This document shows positions 8,615 through 18,039 of a stretch of 33,226 nt of DNA, piece by piece. The position numbers and the translations under genes are program-made. The first letter of the stretch is position 1. The number at the start of each line of letters is the position of its first letter. The notes beneath the pieces are model-generated. The model ran no database searches and was not told the DNA's origin. It saw only the letters and a program-made list of their open reading frames with translations. Source of the DNA: Verrucomicrobiia bacterium (GTDB lineage: Bacteria > Eisenbacteria > RBG-16-71-46); the NCBI GenBank assembly GCA_035577885.1, contig DATLUU010000748.1:1-33226 (forward strand). Direction: 5' to 3'.

Positions 8615-10008
8615 GCCGCGCGCTCGGTGCATTGCGCGATCGTGCCCCGCGGGCGGTGGGCTCGCTCGACCTGCCGGAGGCCTGTGAGATCCCGCAGCTC
8701 GCGGCGATCGTCGAGCCCGGGCGCCTCACGCGTGCGCTCGGCGACGCGCTGGCGCAGGCGGATCCGGGAGCACCGCCGCTGCTCCGCTGCAGCGTCCTCA
8801 AGGTGCACTACCGTCCCGGCCGGGAGTGCCGGCTGGTGATCTCGGCGCACTTCCGCTCCGGGCGCCGCACGGCGGAGCAGCTCTACTTCGGCAAGCTGCT
8901 GGCGGGCGCTCCCAGCGCGCACGAGAACGGCACCTCCACCCCTTCAGCGCCGCGGGCTGCCGCGCCGAGCTTCGGGCCCGCGAGCCTCCACGTCGCGGAC
9001 TGGGACCTGCGGCTCTGGGCCTATCCCAACGATCCCGAGCTGCCCGGGCTGCCGCTCCTCACCGATCCCGAGCGCGTGCGCGAGCGCTTCGCCTCCGAGC
9101 CGGAGGTGTTCGGCTTCGAGCGCGCGCCGCGCTCGCTGCGTGCGCGCCGCGCCAAGTACGTGCCCGGCAGGCGCTGCGGCTATGCCTACGACGTCAAGGG
9201 CTGGAGCCGGCGTGGGCGCGCGGCCGCGCGCCGCGTCTACGGCAAGTGCTACGCGGGCGCCGCGGCGGCCGTCGCGCACGATGCGGCATGGCGCGTGTGG
9301 CACAGCACGCCCGCGCGCGAGGGGCGCCTGCGGGTGCCGCGGCCGTTCGCCTGTGACGAGGCCGACGGCATCACCTGGCAGGAGGGGCTCGCCGGGCGAC
9401 CCGTCCTCAAGGAGCGCGCGCACGCGACGCACCTGCCCGACATCGCGGGTGAGATCGGCCTTCGGCTCGCCGCGCTCCACGGCGCCGTGCTGCCGCTGCC
9501 CCGGGAGATGGACCATGCCTCGCAGCTCGCGATGCTCCGCGGATCTCTCGCCGGCGCGCGTGCGACCGACGTGCCCGCCGCGCGTGCCGCATGCGAGCTG
9601 GGTGCGCGCCTGCTCGCGCACGGCTCGCGATTCCCGGAGCTGCCCTCGGTGACGCTGCACGGCAGCTTCCGCCTGAGCCACATCCTCGAGACTCCCGAGG
9701 GCATCGCGTTCATCGACCTGGATGGCGCCACCGCGGGCGATCCGGGCGTCGACCTTGGACGGTTCCTCGCCCACCTGCGGCGGCTCGAGGCGCAGGGCTC
9801 GGTCGCCCCCGCGATCGCCGACGCGACCGCGCGCGAGTTCCTCCGCGGCTACGAGGCCGCCGCTCCCGTGCGCGTGAGCGACGAGCGGATCGGCTGGGCG
9901 ACCGCCGTGCACCTGATCTCAGGCGGTCTCGACAAGGCCGTGAAGCGCATGGACGCGCGTTTGCTCGCCGCGCTCACCGGCGCGGCGGCGGAGAGCTACC
10001 CATCATGA
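8611..10008 (+). CDS. APH-fold kinase-like protein, paralog K3 (HGS variant, long N-terminal extension)
   Basis: ATG at 8611 (ATGA overlap). Motifs are 'LYFGKLLAG', 'WAYPNDPELPGL', the catalytic-loop position 'TLHGSFRLSHIL' (His 9658-9660, Ser 9664-9666 in place of Asp) and 'FIDLDGA'. Confidence 0.75.
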   Translation: MSRALGALRDRAPRAVGSLDLPEACEIPQLAAIVEPGRLTRALGDALAQADPGAPPLLRCSVLKVHYRPGRECRLVISAHFRSGRRTAEQLYFGKLLAGAPSAHENGTSTPSAPRAAAPSFGPASLHVADWDLRLWAYPNDPELPGLPLLTDPERVRERFASEPEVFGFERAPRSLRARRAKYVPGRRCGYAYDVKGWSRRGRAAARRVYGKCYAGAAAAVAHDAAWRVWHSTPAREGRLRVPRPFACDEADGITWQEGLAGRPVLKERAHATHLPDIAGEIGLRLAALHGAVLPLPREMDHASQLAMLRGSLAGARATDVPAARAACELGARLLAHGSRFPELPSVTLHGSFRLSHILETPEGIAFIDLDGATAGDPGVDLGRFLAHLRRLEAQGSVAPAIADATAREFLRGYEAAAPVRVSDERIGWATAVHLISGGLDKAVKRMDARLLAALTGAAAESYPS

Positions 10009-11537
10009 GCGTTCACCCGGAATCGAAGCGAGTGCGCCGCGCATCGCCCACGACCACGGCCGGGCCCTTCGGCCTGCTCGTGGACCCGGTGCTGCCGCGA
10101 CTCGCGGCGGCGCTCGACCCCGCCGCGATGGCGCGGCGGTTCGCGAAGGGCCTCGCCGAGAGCGCGCGCGGACCCGCGCCCCGGGTGAGGGCGTGCGAGG
10201 TGGAGGAGGTCTATCACCGCTCGGGGCGTCACTGCGGGATCCTCTACCGGCTGCGGCTCGAGGGCGCCCATGGCGCCGAGCACGACGAGTGGCTCTACGC
10301 GCGCATGCTCCCCGGCGAGCTCGTGCGCGAGCGCTACCCCAAGGCGCTCGACGGCGTCGTCGCCGCCGGAGCCTCGGCGCTGGTGAGCACCGCGCTCGAT
10401 CCGGTGAGCCTGTGGGAAGACCTCGACATGATCGTGTGGGCGTTCCCGAACGATCCCAAGCTGCCGGGGCTGCGGGCCATGGCGGACGCCACCAGGGTGC
10501 GCGCGCAGCTCGAGCGCCAGCGCGGCGGCACCGGGCGCGCGGCGGACGGGAGCGGTGACAGCTCCGGCGACGGCGACGAGTCGCTGGTCATCGAGCGCGT
10601 GAAGTACATGCCGACCAAGCGCTGCGTGCTGCGCTACCGCCTCGCTCCCGAGCCCGGGAGCGAGGGGCCGCGCCCGCCGGCTGTGTTCTACGCCAAGGCC
10701 TATCCGGTGGGCGCGAGCACGGCGCCGTTCGAGCTGCAGCGCGCCGTCCGCGAGCGCCTCTCGGAGTCGCGCGCGGCGGTCGAGATCGCCGAGCCGCTCG
10801 TCCACATTCCCGAGGAGAGCGTGATCTGGTTCGCGGACTGGGGCGGCTTCGGCATCATCGGCGAGGCCGCCGAGCGGGGCTGGGATGCGATGGCCGACCG
10901 TGCCGCGACGGCGCTCGCGGCGTTCCACCGCGTCTCGATGTCCGGGCTCCCGGAGCACCGCCCGCCGGCGGAGGAGTTGGTGGAGGCGCGCGAGGACGCG
11001 GCCAAGTACGCCGCCCGCGTGGGCGAGGCCGCGCGTCCCGTGCTCGACATGCTCACCCGGCTCGAACGCGAGCTGCCGCGGACCGGCGATCGCCCGGCGG
11101 TGCCGCTCCACGGCGCGTTCCGCGCCGAGCACGTGCAGGTCCGTGGCACCGACGCCGCGCTGCTCGACCTGGACGGGATGGCGTCCGGCGATCCGCTCGT
11201 GGACGTGGCGGAGTTCGTGGCCTCGCTCGAGTTCCTGGCGCTCCGCTCCACCGCGGGCCCGATCGACTCCGAGGCGGTCTCGCAGCGTTTCCTCGAGGCC
11301 TACGCCGCGGGCGTGCCGTGGACGATCGACGGCGCGAGCCTCGGCTGGTACGCGCGCACCTCGCTGCTGCGCAAGCTGCACGGCGCGGTGAAGCGGCTGG
11401 CGCTGCCCACGCTCGACCGGCTCGAGGCGCACGGAGCCGATCTCGTCGAGCGCTGGAACGGCATCGCGGCGTGGGCGCCGCGCCAGCGGACGCGGTGGGT
11501 CGGGGCGCGCGCGCGTGCGGTGGGGGCGGGATCGTGA
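10005..11537 (+). CDS. APH-fold kinase-like protein, paralog K4 (HGA variant, long N-terminal extension)
   Basis: ATG at 10005 (ATGA overlap). Motifs are 'VFYAKAYPVG', 'WAFPNDPKLPGL' (shared with K3), 'PLHGAFRAEHVQ' (His 11109-11111, Ala 11115-11117 in place of Asp) and 'LLDLDGM'. It also has a low-complexity insert 'GSGDSSGDGDES'. Confidence 0.75.
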   Translation: MSVHPESKRVRRASPTTTAGPFGLLVDPVLPRLAAALDPAAMARRFAKGLAESARGPAPRVRACEVEEVYHRSGRHCGILYRLRLEGAHGAEHDEWLYARMLPGELVRERYPKALDGVVAAGASALVSTALDPVSLWEDLDMIVWAFPNDPKLPGLRAMADATRVRAQLERQRGGTGRAADGSGDSSGDGDESLVIERVKYMPTKRCVLRYRLAPEPGSEGPRPPAVFYAKAYPVGASTAPFELQRAVRERLSESRAAVEIAEPLVHIPEESVIWFADWGGFGIIGEAAERGWDAMADRAATALAAFHRVSMSGLPEHRPPAEELVEAREDAAKYAARVGEAARPVLDMLTRLERELPRTGDRPAVPLHGAFRAEHVQVRGTDAALLDLDGMASGDPLVDVAEFVASLEFLALRSTAGPIDSEAVSQRFLEAYAAGVPWTIDGASLGWYARTSLLRKLHGAVKRLALPTLDRLEAHGADLVERWNGIAAWAPRQRTRWVGARARAVGAGS

Positions 11538-12865
11538 AGCTCGCCTACGTGTGCGCGGATTTCGGGGTGCCGGTGTTCGGGCACAAGGGCGCGTCGGTGC
11601 ACGTGCGCGAGATGGTGACCGCGTTCACCGAGTGCGGTCACGACGTGCGCGTGTTCGCGCCCACGCTCGACGAGCCCGGGTCGAAGGGCGTCCAGAGTGA
11701 GCGCTTCCGCGCGCGCATCGAGCGCGAACCCGGCAGCATCGAGATCCTCGAGGTCGGGCCCGAGCCCCGGCACGTGCTGTGGCTCGACGAGCTCAAGTCC
11801 GTCGAAGCGTTCCTCGGCCGGCCGACGCGACTGCGGCAGGAACTGCGGAACCTGCTCTACAACCAGCCGCTCCGCGCGCGCCTCGGGCGTGCGCTCCTCG
11901 CCGAGCCGGTGGACTTCGTCTACGAGCGCTACTCGCTCTTCGCCTTCGCCGGCATCGACGCGGCGCGCACCCACCACGTGCCGCACGTGCTCGAGGTGAA
12001 CGCGCCGCTGGCCGACGAGCAGGAGCGCACGCGCGGGCTCGAGCTGCGCGAGCTGGCGCGGGGGAGCGAGCGGCGGATCTGGAACTCCACCGACGCGGTG
12101 ATCGTGGTCTCGCAGCGGCTGGCGGAGACCGTGGCGGCGTCCGGCGTGCCGGGCGAGCGCATCCACGTGCTGCCGAACGCGGTGGACCCGCTCCAGTTCA
12201 CGCCCGGCGCCGCGCCCGACGCGGTCCCCGCGCACGTCCGCGAGCGCGTGCGCGGTCGCTGCGTCATCGGCTTCGTCGGCTCGCTCAAGCCCTGGCACGG
12301 CGTGGAGACGTTGTTCGATGCGTTCGCGCGCCTGCTCGTCCGGCGCTGCGCCGTGCACCTGGTCGTGGTCGGCGACGGCCCCGGGCGCGAATCGCTCGAG
12401 CGGCTCGCCGCCGACCGCGGCATCGCCGAGGAGGTGACGTTCGCCGGCGCCGTCGCCCATGGGGAAGTCCCCGCGTGGCTCTCGATCATGGACATCGCCA
12501 CCGCGCCCTACACGCCGCAGCCGGACTTCTACTTCTCGCCCCTCAAGCTGTTCGAGTACATGGCCGCGGGCGTGCCGGTCGTGGCCGGCCGCATCGGCCA
12601 GCTGGACGAGCTGCTCCGGCACGAGCGCAACGCGCTCCTGCACACGCCCGGCGACGCGCACGCGCTCGCGGTCGAGCTCGAGCGGCTCGTGCGCGACCCC
12701 ATGCTGCGCCGGCGCATCGGCCTCGCGGGTCGCGACGGGATCGGCGAAGGGCACACCTGGCGCGGACACGCGCGGCGGATCGAGGCCCTCGTCCACTCGC
12801 TCGCGGGCAACGATGCGCCGCCGGACGCGGGCCAGGAGCCCGCGGCGGAGGCACCGCACGCATGA
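11534..12865 (+). CDS. Glycosyltransferase family 4
   Basis: GTG at 11534 (GTGA overlap). The N-terminus 'KLAYVCADFGVPVFGHKGASVHVREM' is followed by a C-terminal 'FSPLKLFEYMAAGVPVVAGRIGQLDELL' GT4 E-x7-E region. Confidence 0.85.
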   Translation: MKLAYVCADFGVPVFGHKGASVHVREMVTAFTECGHDVRVFAPTLDEPGSKGVQSERFRARIEREPGSIEILEVGPEPRHVLWLDELKSVEAFLGRPTRLRQELRNLLYNQPLRARLGRALLAEPVDFVYERYSLFAFAGIDAARTHHVPHVLEVNAPLADEQERTRGLELRELARGSERRIWNSTDAVIVVSQRLAETVAASGVPGERIHVLPNAVDPLQFTPGAAPDAVPAHVRERVRGRCVIGFVGSLKPWHGVETLFDAFARLLVRRCAVHLVVVGDGPGRESLERLAADRGIAEEVTFAGAVAHGEVPAWLSIMDIATAPYTPQPDFYFSPLKLFEYMAAGVPVVAGRIGQLDELLRHERNALLHTPGDAHALAVELERLVRDPMLRRRIGLAGRDGIGEGHTWRGHARRIEALVHSLAGNDAPPDAGQEPAAEAPHA

Positions 12866-14016
12866 AGCCGATCGCGCTCGTCACCAGCCAGTACCCGCCG
12901 CAGGTGGGCGGGGTCGGCCACTCCGCGGCCAGGGTGGCGCGGCTGCTCGCGCGCGACGGCCGGGACGTGCACGTGATCGCGTTCCAGAAGCACACGGAGT
13001 CGCTGCCGCTGGACGACGCCATCACCTCCTCCCGTGAGGGCGACGTGCTCGTCCACCGCGTGCTCGTCCACCACCCCACGGGCTGCAGCGAGGCGGAGAC
13101 GCTGACGCGCTCGAACCGCGAGATGTTCCAGGCGCTCGATCGCCTCACCCGCCGCTACGGCTACGGGGTGCTGCACGGCTTCTTCCTCTATCCCGCCGCG
13201 TACATCGCCGGGATCGTCGGCCGCATGCACGGCACCCGGGTCATCGCCTCGATCCGCGGCAACGACGTGGGGAAGTACGCGTTCGACCCGTTGCGACAGG
13301 GTTTCGTGCGCTCGGCGCTCGAGAACGCCGACGCCGTCACCTCGGTGGCGACCTCGCTGCTCGAGCTCGCGGACCGCGCGCTGGTGCCGCTCCACGGCCG
13401 CGGGCGCACCATCTTGAATTCCATCGACCCGCAGCGGCTCGTCGCGCGCGAGCGCCCGGACCTGGCGCTCCACGGCCTGGTCCTCGGCTCGAGCGGCTTG
13501 TTCCGCTACAAGAAGGGCATCGTGCACCTGTTCCGCGCGCTCCAGTCGCTGAACGGCGACGTGGAGTACACGCTGCTCATGGCGGGGGACGGTTTCGGCG
13601 CGGAGGACCGTGAGATGCTCGACCGCGAGATCGAGGCGCACGGGCTCGCGGCGAGGACGCGCCTCACCGGGCGCATCCCGCCCGAGCGCATGGGCGACTA
13701 CCTCCGGCTCTTCGACATCATGGTGTTCCCGTCGCTGTTCTCGGAGGGCTGCCCGATCTCCATGCTGGAGGCGATGGCGCTCGGGCGCGCGATCATCGCC
13801 AGCCGCGTCGCCGCGATCCCGGAGATCCTCCGCGATGGCGAGAACGGCCTGCTCGTCGAGCCGGGCTCGCCGGGCGAGATCGCCAAAGCCATCCGCCGGC
13901 TCGCCGGCGACGCCGGGCTCCGGAAGGCGCTCGGCGAGGGTGCGCGCACGACGGCGCTGGCCATGGACCTCGACCATGAGGCCGGGCAATGGGCTCAGGT
14001 CTACGCCGCGCTATGA
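12862..14016 (+). CDS. Glycosyltransferase family 4
   Basis: ATG at 12862 (ATGA overlap). Motifs are 'MKPIALVTSQYPPQVGGVGHSAARVA' and 'PSLFSEGCPISMLEAMALGRAIIASRVAAIPEIL'. Confidence 0.85.
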   Translation: MKPIALVTSQYPPQVGGVGHSAARVARLLARDGRDVHVIAFQKHTESLPLDDAITSSREGDVLVHRVLVHHPTGCSEAETLTRSNREMFQALDRLTRRYGYGVLHGFFLYPAAYIAGIVGRMHGTRVIASIRGNDVGKYAFDPLRQGFVRSALENADAVTSVATSLLELADRALVPLHGRGRTILNSIDPQRLVARERPDLALHGLVLGSSGLFRYKKGIVHLFRALQSLNGDVEYTLLMAGDGFGAEDREMLDREIEAHGLAARTRLTGRIPPERMGDYLRLFDIMVFPSLFSEGCPISMLEAMALGRAIIASRVAAIPEILRDGENGLLVEPGSPGEIAKAIRRLAGDAGLRKALGEGARTTALAMDLDHEAGQWAQVYAAL

Positions 14017-15101
14017 GCTCGCCCCGCAACCTGGTCGCGCTGCACATGCCGGGACGCGGCGGCGGAATTGGCGCGCCCGACTGGCGCCCCGTGGAGGAGG
14101 CCGACCTGGTGGCGTGGCTCCGCCGCGACGGGGCCCGGCGCGCCGGCGGCGACGCGTCGCAACAGCTCGAACGCGCCTCGATCACCATCGTCCGCCACGC
14201 GGCGGGCAAGCGGCTCACCGCGCGCTGCCGGCTGGTGCTCGTGGCGCCGAACGGAGGTCGCGAGCTCCTCACCGTGTTCGCGAAGCAGTACCGGCGGCGG
14301 GACCTGGCGCGGCGGCTGGCGCGCCAGCTCCGCACGCTGCGCTTCGCGCCGGGCGATCCTCCGGTGCGCTTCCCGAAGCTCCTGGGACTGGATGCGCGGC
14401 GCGGCATCGTGTTCATGGAGGCCCTGCACGGGAGGCCATTCGCGCCCGAGCTCGACGGCGCGCCCGCCCGGTCACTCGAGCCGGCAGGGGCATTGATGGC
14501 GGCGTTCCACCGCGCCTCCGCGACGGTCGAGAAGCGCGTCACCCGTGCCGACGAGCTGGTGCGCACGCGGGAGTGCGCGGACGCGATCGCCCAGGTCTAC
14601 CCGGATCTCGTGCCCGCGCTCGAGCGACTGCAGTCCTCGCTGGCGCACACCGCCTGGGGCCGGAGCGGCCGCCGGGCGCTGCTCCACGGCTCGTTCCGGC
14701 CGAACCACTTGATGGTCCACGGCAGCGAGCTCGCGGTGTTCGACCTCGAGAGCCTCCGTGTCGGCCCGCCCGGCTACGACCTCGCCAACTGCGTCGCGAC
14801 GCTCCACTACCAGCAGGCGCTGGGGCAGCTCTCGGCGCCGGCGCGGCGTCGCGCGGTGCGTGCATTGCTCCGAGGCTACCGCGCGCACGGCGGCGACGAG
14901 TCGTGCGCGCGCGCTCTCTGGCTCACGGCGGCGCTCCTCGTCCAGAAGCAGGCGCTCAAGGTGGCGACGCGATCGCGCGCGCAGGCGTCGTCGCGCGCGC
15001 GCACCCGCGCCCTGGTGGCACGCGCCGAGCAGCTCGCCGCCCGCGCCGCCGCCACGCCCGCAGGTCCGGGAATCGAGCGGCTCGAGCGGGAGCTCGCATG
15101 A
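14013..15101 (+). CDS. APH-fold kinase-like protein, paralog K5 (HGS variant)
   Basis: ATG at 14013 (ATGA overlap). Motifs are 'TVFAKQYRR', a hinge 'GIVFMEALHGRPF', 'LLHGSFRPNHLMV' (His 14685-14687, Ser 14691-14693) and 'VFDLESL'. Confidence 0.7.
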   Translation: MSSPRNLVALHMPGRGGGIGAPDWRPVEEADLVAWLRRDGARRAGGDASQQLERASITIVRHAAGKRLTARCRLVLVAPNGGRELLTVFAKQYRRRDLARRLARQLRTLRFAPGDPPVRFPKLLGLDARRGIVFMEALHGRPFAPELDGAPARSLEPAGALMAAFHRASATVEKRVTRADELVRTRECADAIAQVYPDLVPALERLQSSLAHTAWGRSGRRALLHGSFRPNHLMVHGSELAVFDLESLRVGPPGYDLANCVATLHYQQALGQLSAPARRRAVRALLRGYRAHGGDESCARALWLTAALLVQKQALKVATRSRAQASSRARTRALVARAEQLAARAAATPAGPGIERLERELA

Positions 15102-17329
15102 AGCGCTCCTTCAGCACCGGTACGGCGCGGCGGACGTGGCTCCGCCAGCACCGCCACGAGCTGCAGATGACGGCGCTGCTGCTGGTGATGGTCGTGCTCC
15201 CGAGCGCGGTGCTGGGCACGTTCGCGTGGCGCGCGATCCAGAGCGAGAAGCTGGCGTGGCGCGAGCGCGAGCGCCAGACGTACCAGGAGATCGCGAAGCT
15301 CGCGGCGCACGGGATCGACCAGCAGTTGCGGGACATCGAGCGCGACTGGAGCGCCACGCTCGACAGCCTCACCCAGGCCGCGCGCTCGCGGCGGGGGCTC
15401 GCGGCGCGCGCCGCGGCGTTCACCTCCGGGCACGCGCTCGTGGACGGCGGCTACGTGCTCTCGGTCTCGGGCGGCGTCCTCTATCCGCCGGCGCTCCATG
15501 GCGAGTCGGCGCCGACCTGGGACGCACCCGACGCCGACGAGCGCGAGCAGTTCGACGCGCTCATGAACGACGGCGAGCAGTTCGAGTACGTGTCGCACCG
15601 CTACGACCGCGCCATCGCCGCCTACCGGGAGGCCAGGCGCCACGTGCACAGCGACGAGCTGCGCAGCATGTTCGAGACCGCGATCGGGCGCGCGCAGCTC
15701 AAGGCCGGTGACCGCGAGGGGGCGATCGTCACCTACCGCCAGGTGCTGCAGCGCTACCCCGAGGTGCGCGACCTCGACCGCATGGTGGTGCGCTTCCTCG
15801 CCCAGTACCAGATCGCGGCGGCGCTCGGCGAGCTGGGACGCGACCACGAGGCCATGGACACGCTGCTCGCGCTCCACCGCGACCTGCTCGCGCGCAGCGA
15901 CGACATCACCGCGCTCCAGTACGCCTACTACGCCGACCTGATCCGCGGCCTCTCCGCCCGGCTCCTCAGCACGCCCGGTCTCAAGGGCGGGGCGGCGTAC
16001 GAGGCCGAGTTCCAGCGCCTCGCCGAGCGCACGAGGAGCGGGCTCAGCCGCAAGTACCTCGCCCACGTGCTGATGGGCGAGCTGGAGGAGTCGGTGGTCC
16101 GCCGACGGCACTGGTCCGACCAGCTCCACTACGTCTCGGATCGCAACGGCAGCGACCCGTTCCTGCTCGCCTATCGCGAGCTGCACGACCCGGCGGGCGT
16201 GAGCGTCATCGGCCTCGTCGCGGTGCAGGTCGACCTGGACGCCCTGCGAAAGGAGATCATCCCCTCGCTGCTCGGCCATCTCGACGTCGGCCACGAGGTG
16301 GCGCTGGCGGTGGTCGGGGACGAAGGGGATTACGTGCTCGGGACGGAGTCGCCTGTGCGCGAGACGCTGGCGATGCAGACGCTCGCCGATCCGTTCGACT
16401 TCTGGCGCGTCGCCCTGGGGCCGCGTGATCCCGGGCCCGCGGAGCGTCGCATGGGCTTCCGCACCGGGCTGTGGATGGCGACCATCTGCGTGCTGCTGCT
16501 CATGATCGTCGGCGGCGCCGCGGTGTCGCTGCGGCGGGCCCAGCGCCAGGCCCAGCTCGCCCGCGCGCGCGCCACGTTCGTCTCCAATGTCTCGCACGAG
16601 TTGCGGACCCCCATCGCCTCCATCAAGATGTTCTCGGAGTTGCTCGAACGCGAGCTCCTGGACGAAGACGGACGTCCGGCCGCGAAGCGCTCGGCGTCGC
16701 TGCCCCAGTACCTGGGACTCATCCGGCACGAGTCCGACCGCCTCGCCCGCTTGATCGAGAGCGTGCTCGACTTCTCCCGGCTGGAGCGCGGCGGACGCAC
16801 GTTCCGCTTCGAGCTGTGCGATCCCGCCGAGGTGTTCGAGACCGCCGTGGAGTCGTTCCGGCCACGCGCGGAGGCCGAGGGGTTCCAGCTCCAGGTCGAG
16901 CTGGCGGAGGCCCTGCCTCCGCTCCGGCTCGACACGGACGCGATCTGCCAGGTGGTGCTGAACCTGTTGGGGAACGCCGTCAAGTACAGCGACGCGGTGA
17001 AGGAGATCCAAGTGCGAGCGAGCCGGGAGGGTGCCTGGGTGGTGCTCGACGTCGAGGACCGTGGGATCGGGATCGCGGCGCGCGACCTCGCGCGCGTGTT
17101 CGACCAGTTCTATCGCGTCGACCAGCGGCTCGACAGCGGGCACGGCGGCGGCCTGGGGCTGGGGTTGACGCTCGCCCGCGCCATCGCGCGCGCTCACCAC
17201 GGCGAGATCCTCGTGCACAGCGAGCCCGGGCGCGGCTCGACGTTCCGGGTGCTGCTGCCGATCCCCCATGAGCCGGCCGGGCGTGCGGTTCCGGCGCCGT
17301 CCGGGCGGCCGGCGGAGGCAGGCCGATGA
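15098..17329 (+). CDS. Sensor histidine kinase with large periplasmic (TPR-like) sensor domain
   Basis: ATG at 15098 (ATGA overlap). TM1 is 'TALLLVMVVLPSAVLGTFAW'. A periplasmic region of about 410 aa contains TPR-like helices ('AIAAYREARRH', 'GAIVTYRQVLQRYPE'). TM2 is 'LWMATICVLLLMIVGGAAVSL'. The H-box 'SHELRTPIASI' has its His codon at 16595-16597, followed by an N-box 'LLGNAVKYS' and a G-box 'GGLGLGLTLAR'. Only about 20 aa separate TM2 from the H-box, so no HAMP domain is evident. Confidence 0.9.
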   Translation: MKRSFSTGTARRTWLRQHRHELQMTALLLVMVVLPSAVLGTFAWRAIQSEKLAWRERERQTYQEIAKLAAHGIDQQLRDIERDWSATLDSLTQAARSRRGLAARAAAFTSGHALVDGGYVLSVSGGVLYPPALHGESAPTWDAPDADEREQFDALMNDGEQFEYVSHRYDRAIAAYREARRHVHSDELRSMFETAIGRAQLKAGDREGAIVTYRQVLQRYPEVRDLDRMVVRFLAQYQIAAALGELGRDHEAMDTLLALHRDLLARSDDITALQYAYYADLIRGLSARLLSTPGLKGGAAYEAEFQRLAERTRSGLSRKYLAHVLMGELEESVVRRRHWSDQLHYVSDRNGSDPFLLAYRELHDPAGVSVIGLVAVQVDLDALRKEIIPSLLGHLDVGHEVALAVVGDEGDYVLGTESPVRETLAMQTLADPFDFWRVALGPRDPGPAERRMGFRTGLWMATICVLLLMIVGGAAVSLRRAQRQAQLARARATFVSNVSHELRTPIASIKMFSELLERELLDEDGRPAAKRSASLPQYLGLIRHESDRLARLIESVLDFSRLERGGRTFRFELCDPAEVFETAVESFRPRAEAEGFQLQVELAEALPPLRLDTDAICQVVLNLLGNAVKYSDAVKEIQVRASREGAWVVLDVEDRGIGIAARDLARVFDQFYRVDQRLDSGHGGGLGLGLTLARAIARAHHGEILVHSEPGRGSTFRVLLPIPHEPAGRAVPAPSGRPAEAGR

Positions 17330-18039
17330 AGCGGATCCTGATCGTCGAGGACGACGCCGCCCTCATGCTCGGGCTCACGAGCGTGATCGGTGACGAGGGC
17401 TACGAGCCGCACGCGGCGCGCACGGGCCCCGAAGGCCTGCGCCTGGCCAAGGAGCTCAGGCCCGACCTGATCGTGCTCGACATCATGCTGCCGGGCATGA
17501 GCGGCTTCGAGATCTGCAAGCGCGTCCGCGACGAGCGCATCCCGTCCAAGGTGCTGATGCTCACCGCCAAGGACGAGGAGGACGACAAGATCTTCGGGTT
17601 CGAGCTGGGCGCCGACGACTACCTGACCAAGCCGTTCAGCCTGCGCGAGCTGCTGGCGCGCATCCGCGCCATGCTGCGGCGCGACGACGTCCCCGCGGCC
17701 ACGCCGCCCACCCCCGAGACCGGGGACCGGATCGCGTTCGGGGACGTGGTCGTGGACTTCAAGCGCCGCGAGGTGAAGCGGGGCGGGGAGCTCCAGGAGC
17801 TCACGAACCGGGAGTTCCTGCTGCTCGAGTACCTGATCCGCCATCCCGGCGAGGTGCTCACGCGCGAGCGGCTGCTCGAGGAGAACTGGGGCTACGGCGT
17901 GCATCCCACGACGCGCACCGTGGACAACCACGTGCTGCGGTTGCGCAAGCACATCGAGCCCGATCCCGAGAACCCGATCTACCTGAAGACCGTGCGCGGC
18001 GGCGGCTACCTCTTCGACCTCGACGGCACGCATGGCTAG
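17326..18039 (+). CDS. Response regulator, OmpR/PhoB family (REC + winged-helix)
   Basis: 'MKRILIVEDD' is followed by the phospho-acceptor 'LIVLDIMLPGMSG' (Asp codon 17479-17481), 'LTAKD', 'GADDYLTKPF' and a C-terminal 'LTNREFLLLEYL...VWG-like...TVDNHVLRLRKHI...IYLKTVRGGGY' region. Confidence 0.95.
   Translation: MKRILIVEDDAALMLGLTSVIGDEGYEPHAARTGPEGLRLAKELRPDLIVLDIMLPGMSGFEICKRVRDERIPSKVLMLTAKDEEDDKIFGFELGADDYLTKPFSLRELLARIRAMLRRDDVPAATPPTPETGDRIAFGDVVVDFKRREVKRGGELQELTNREFLLLEYLIRHPGEVLTRERLLEENWGYGVHPTTRTVDNHVLRLRKHIEPDPENPIYLKTVRGGGYLFDLDGTHG

Noticed and set aside
2193-17329. The upstream portions of composite plus-strand ORFs: 2193.., 2606..3823, 3340..4809, 4709..8614, 8551.., 9591..11537, 11318.., 11779..14016, 13610..17329 and 13989..
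   Set aside because: The leading parts are out-of-frame read-through over the preceding gene, with Arg/Pro-rich nonsense translations. I used internal ATG/GTG starts that overlap the upstream stop codon and begin the domain-bearing sequence.
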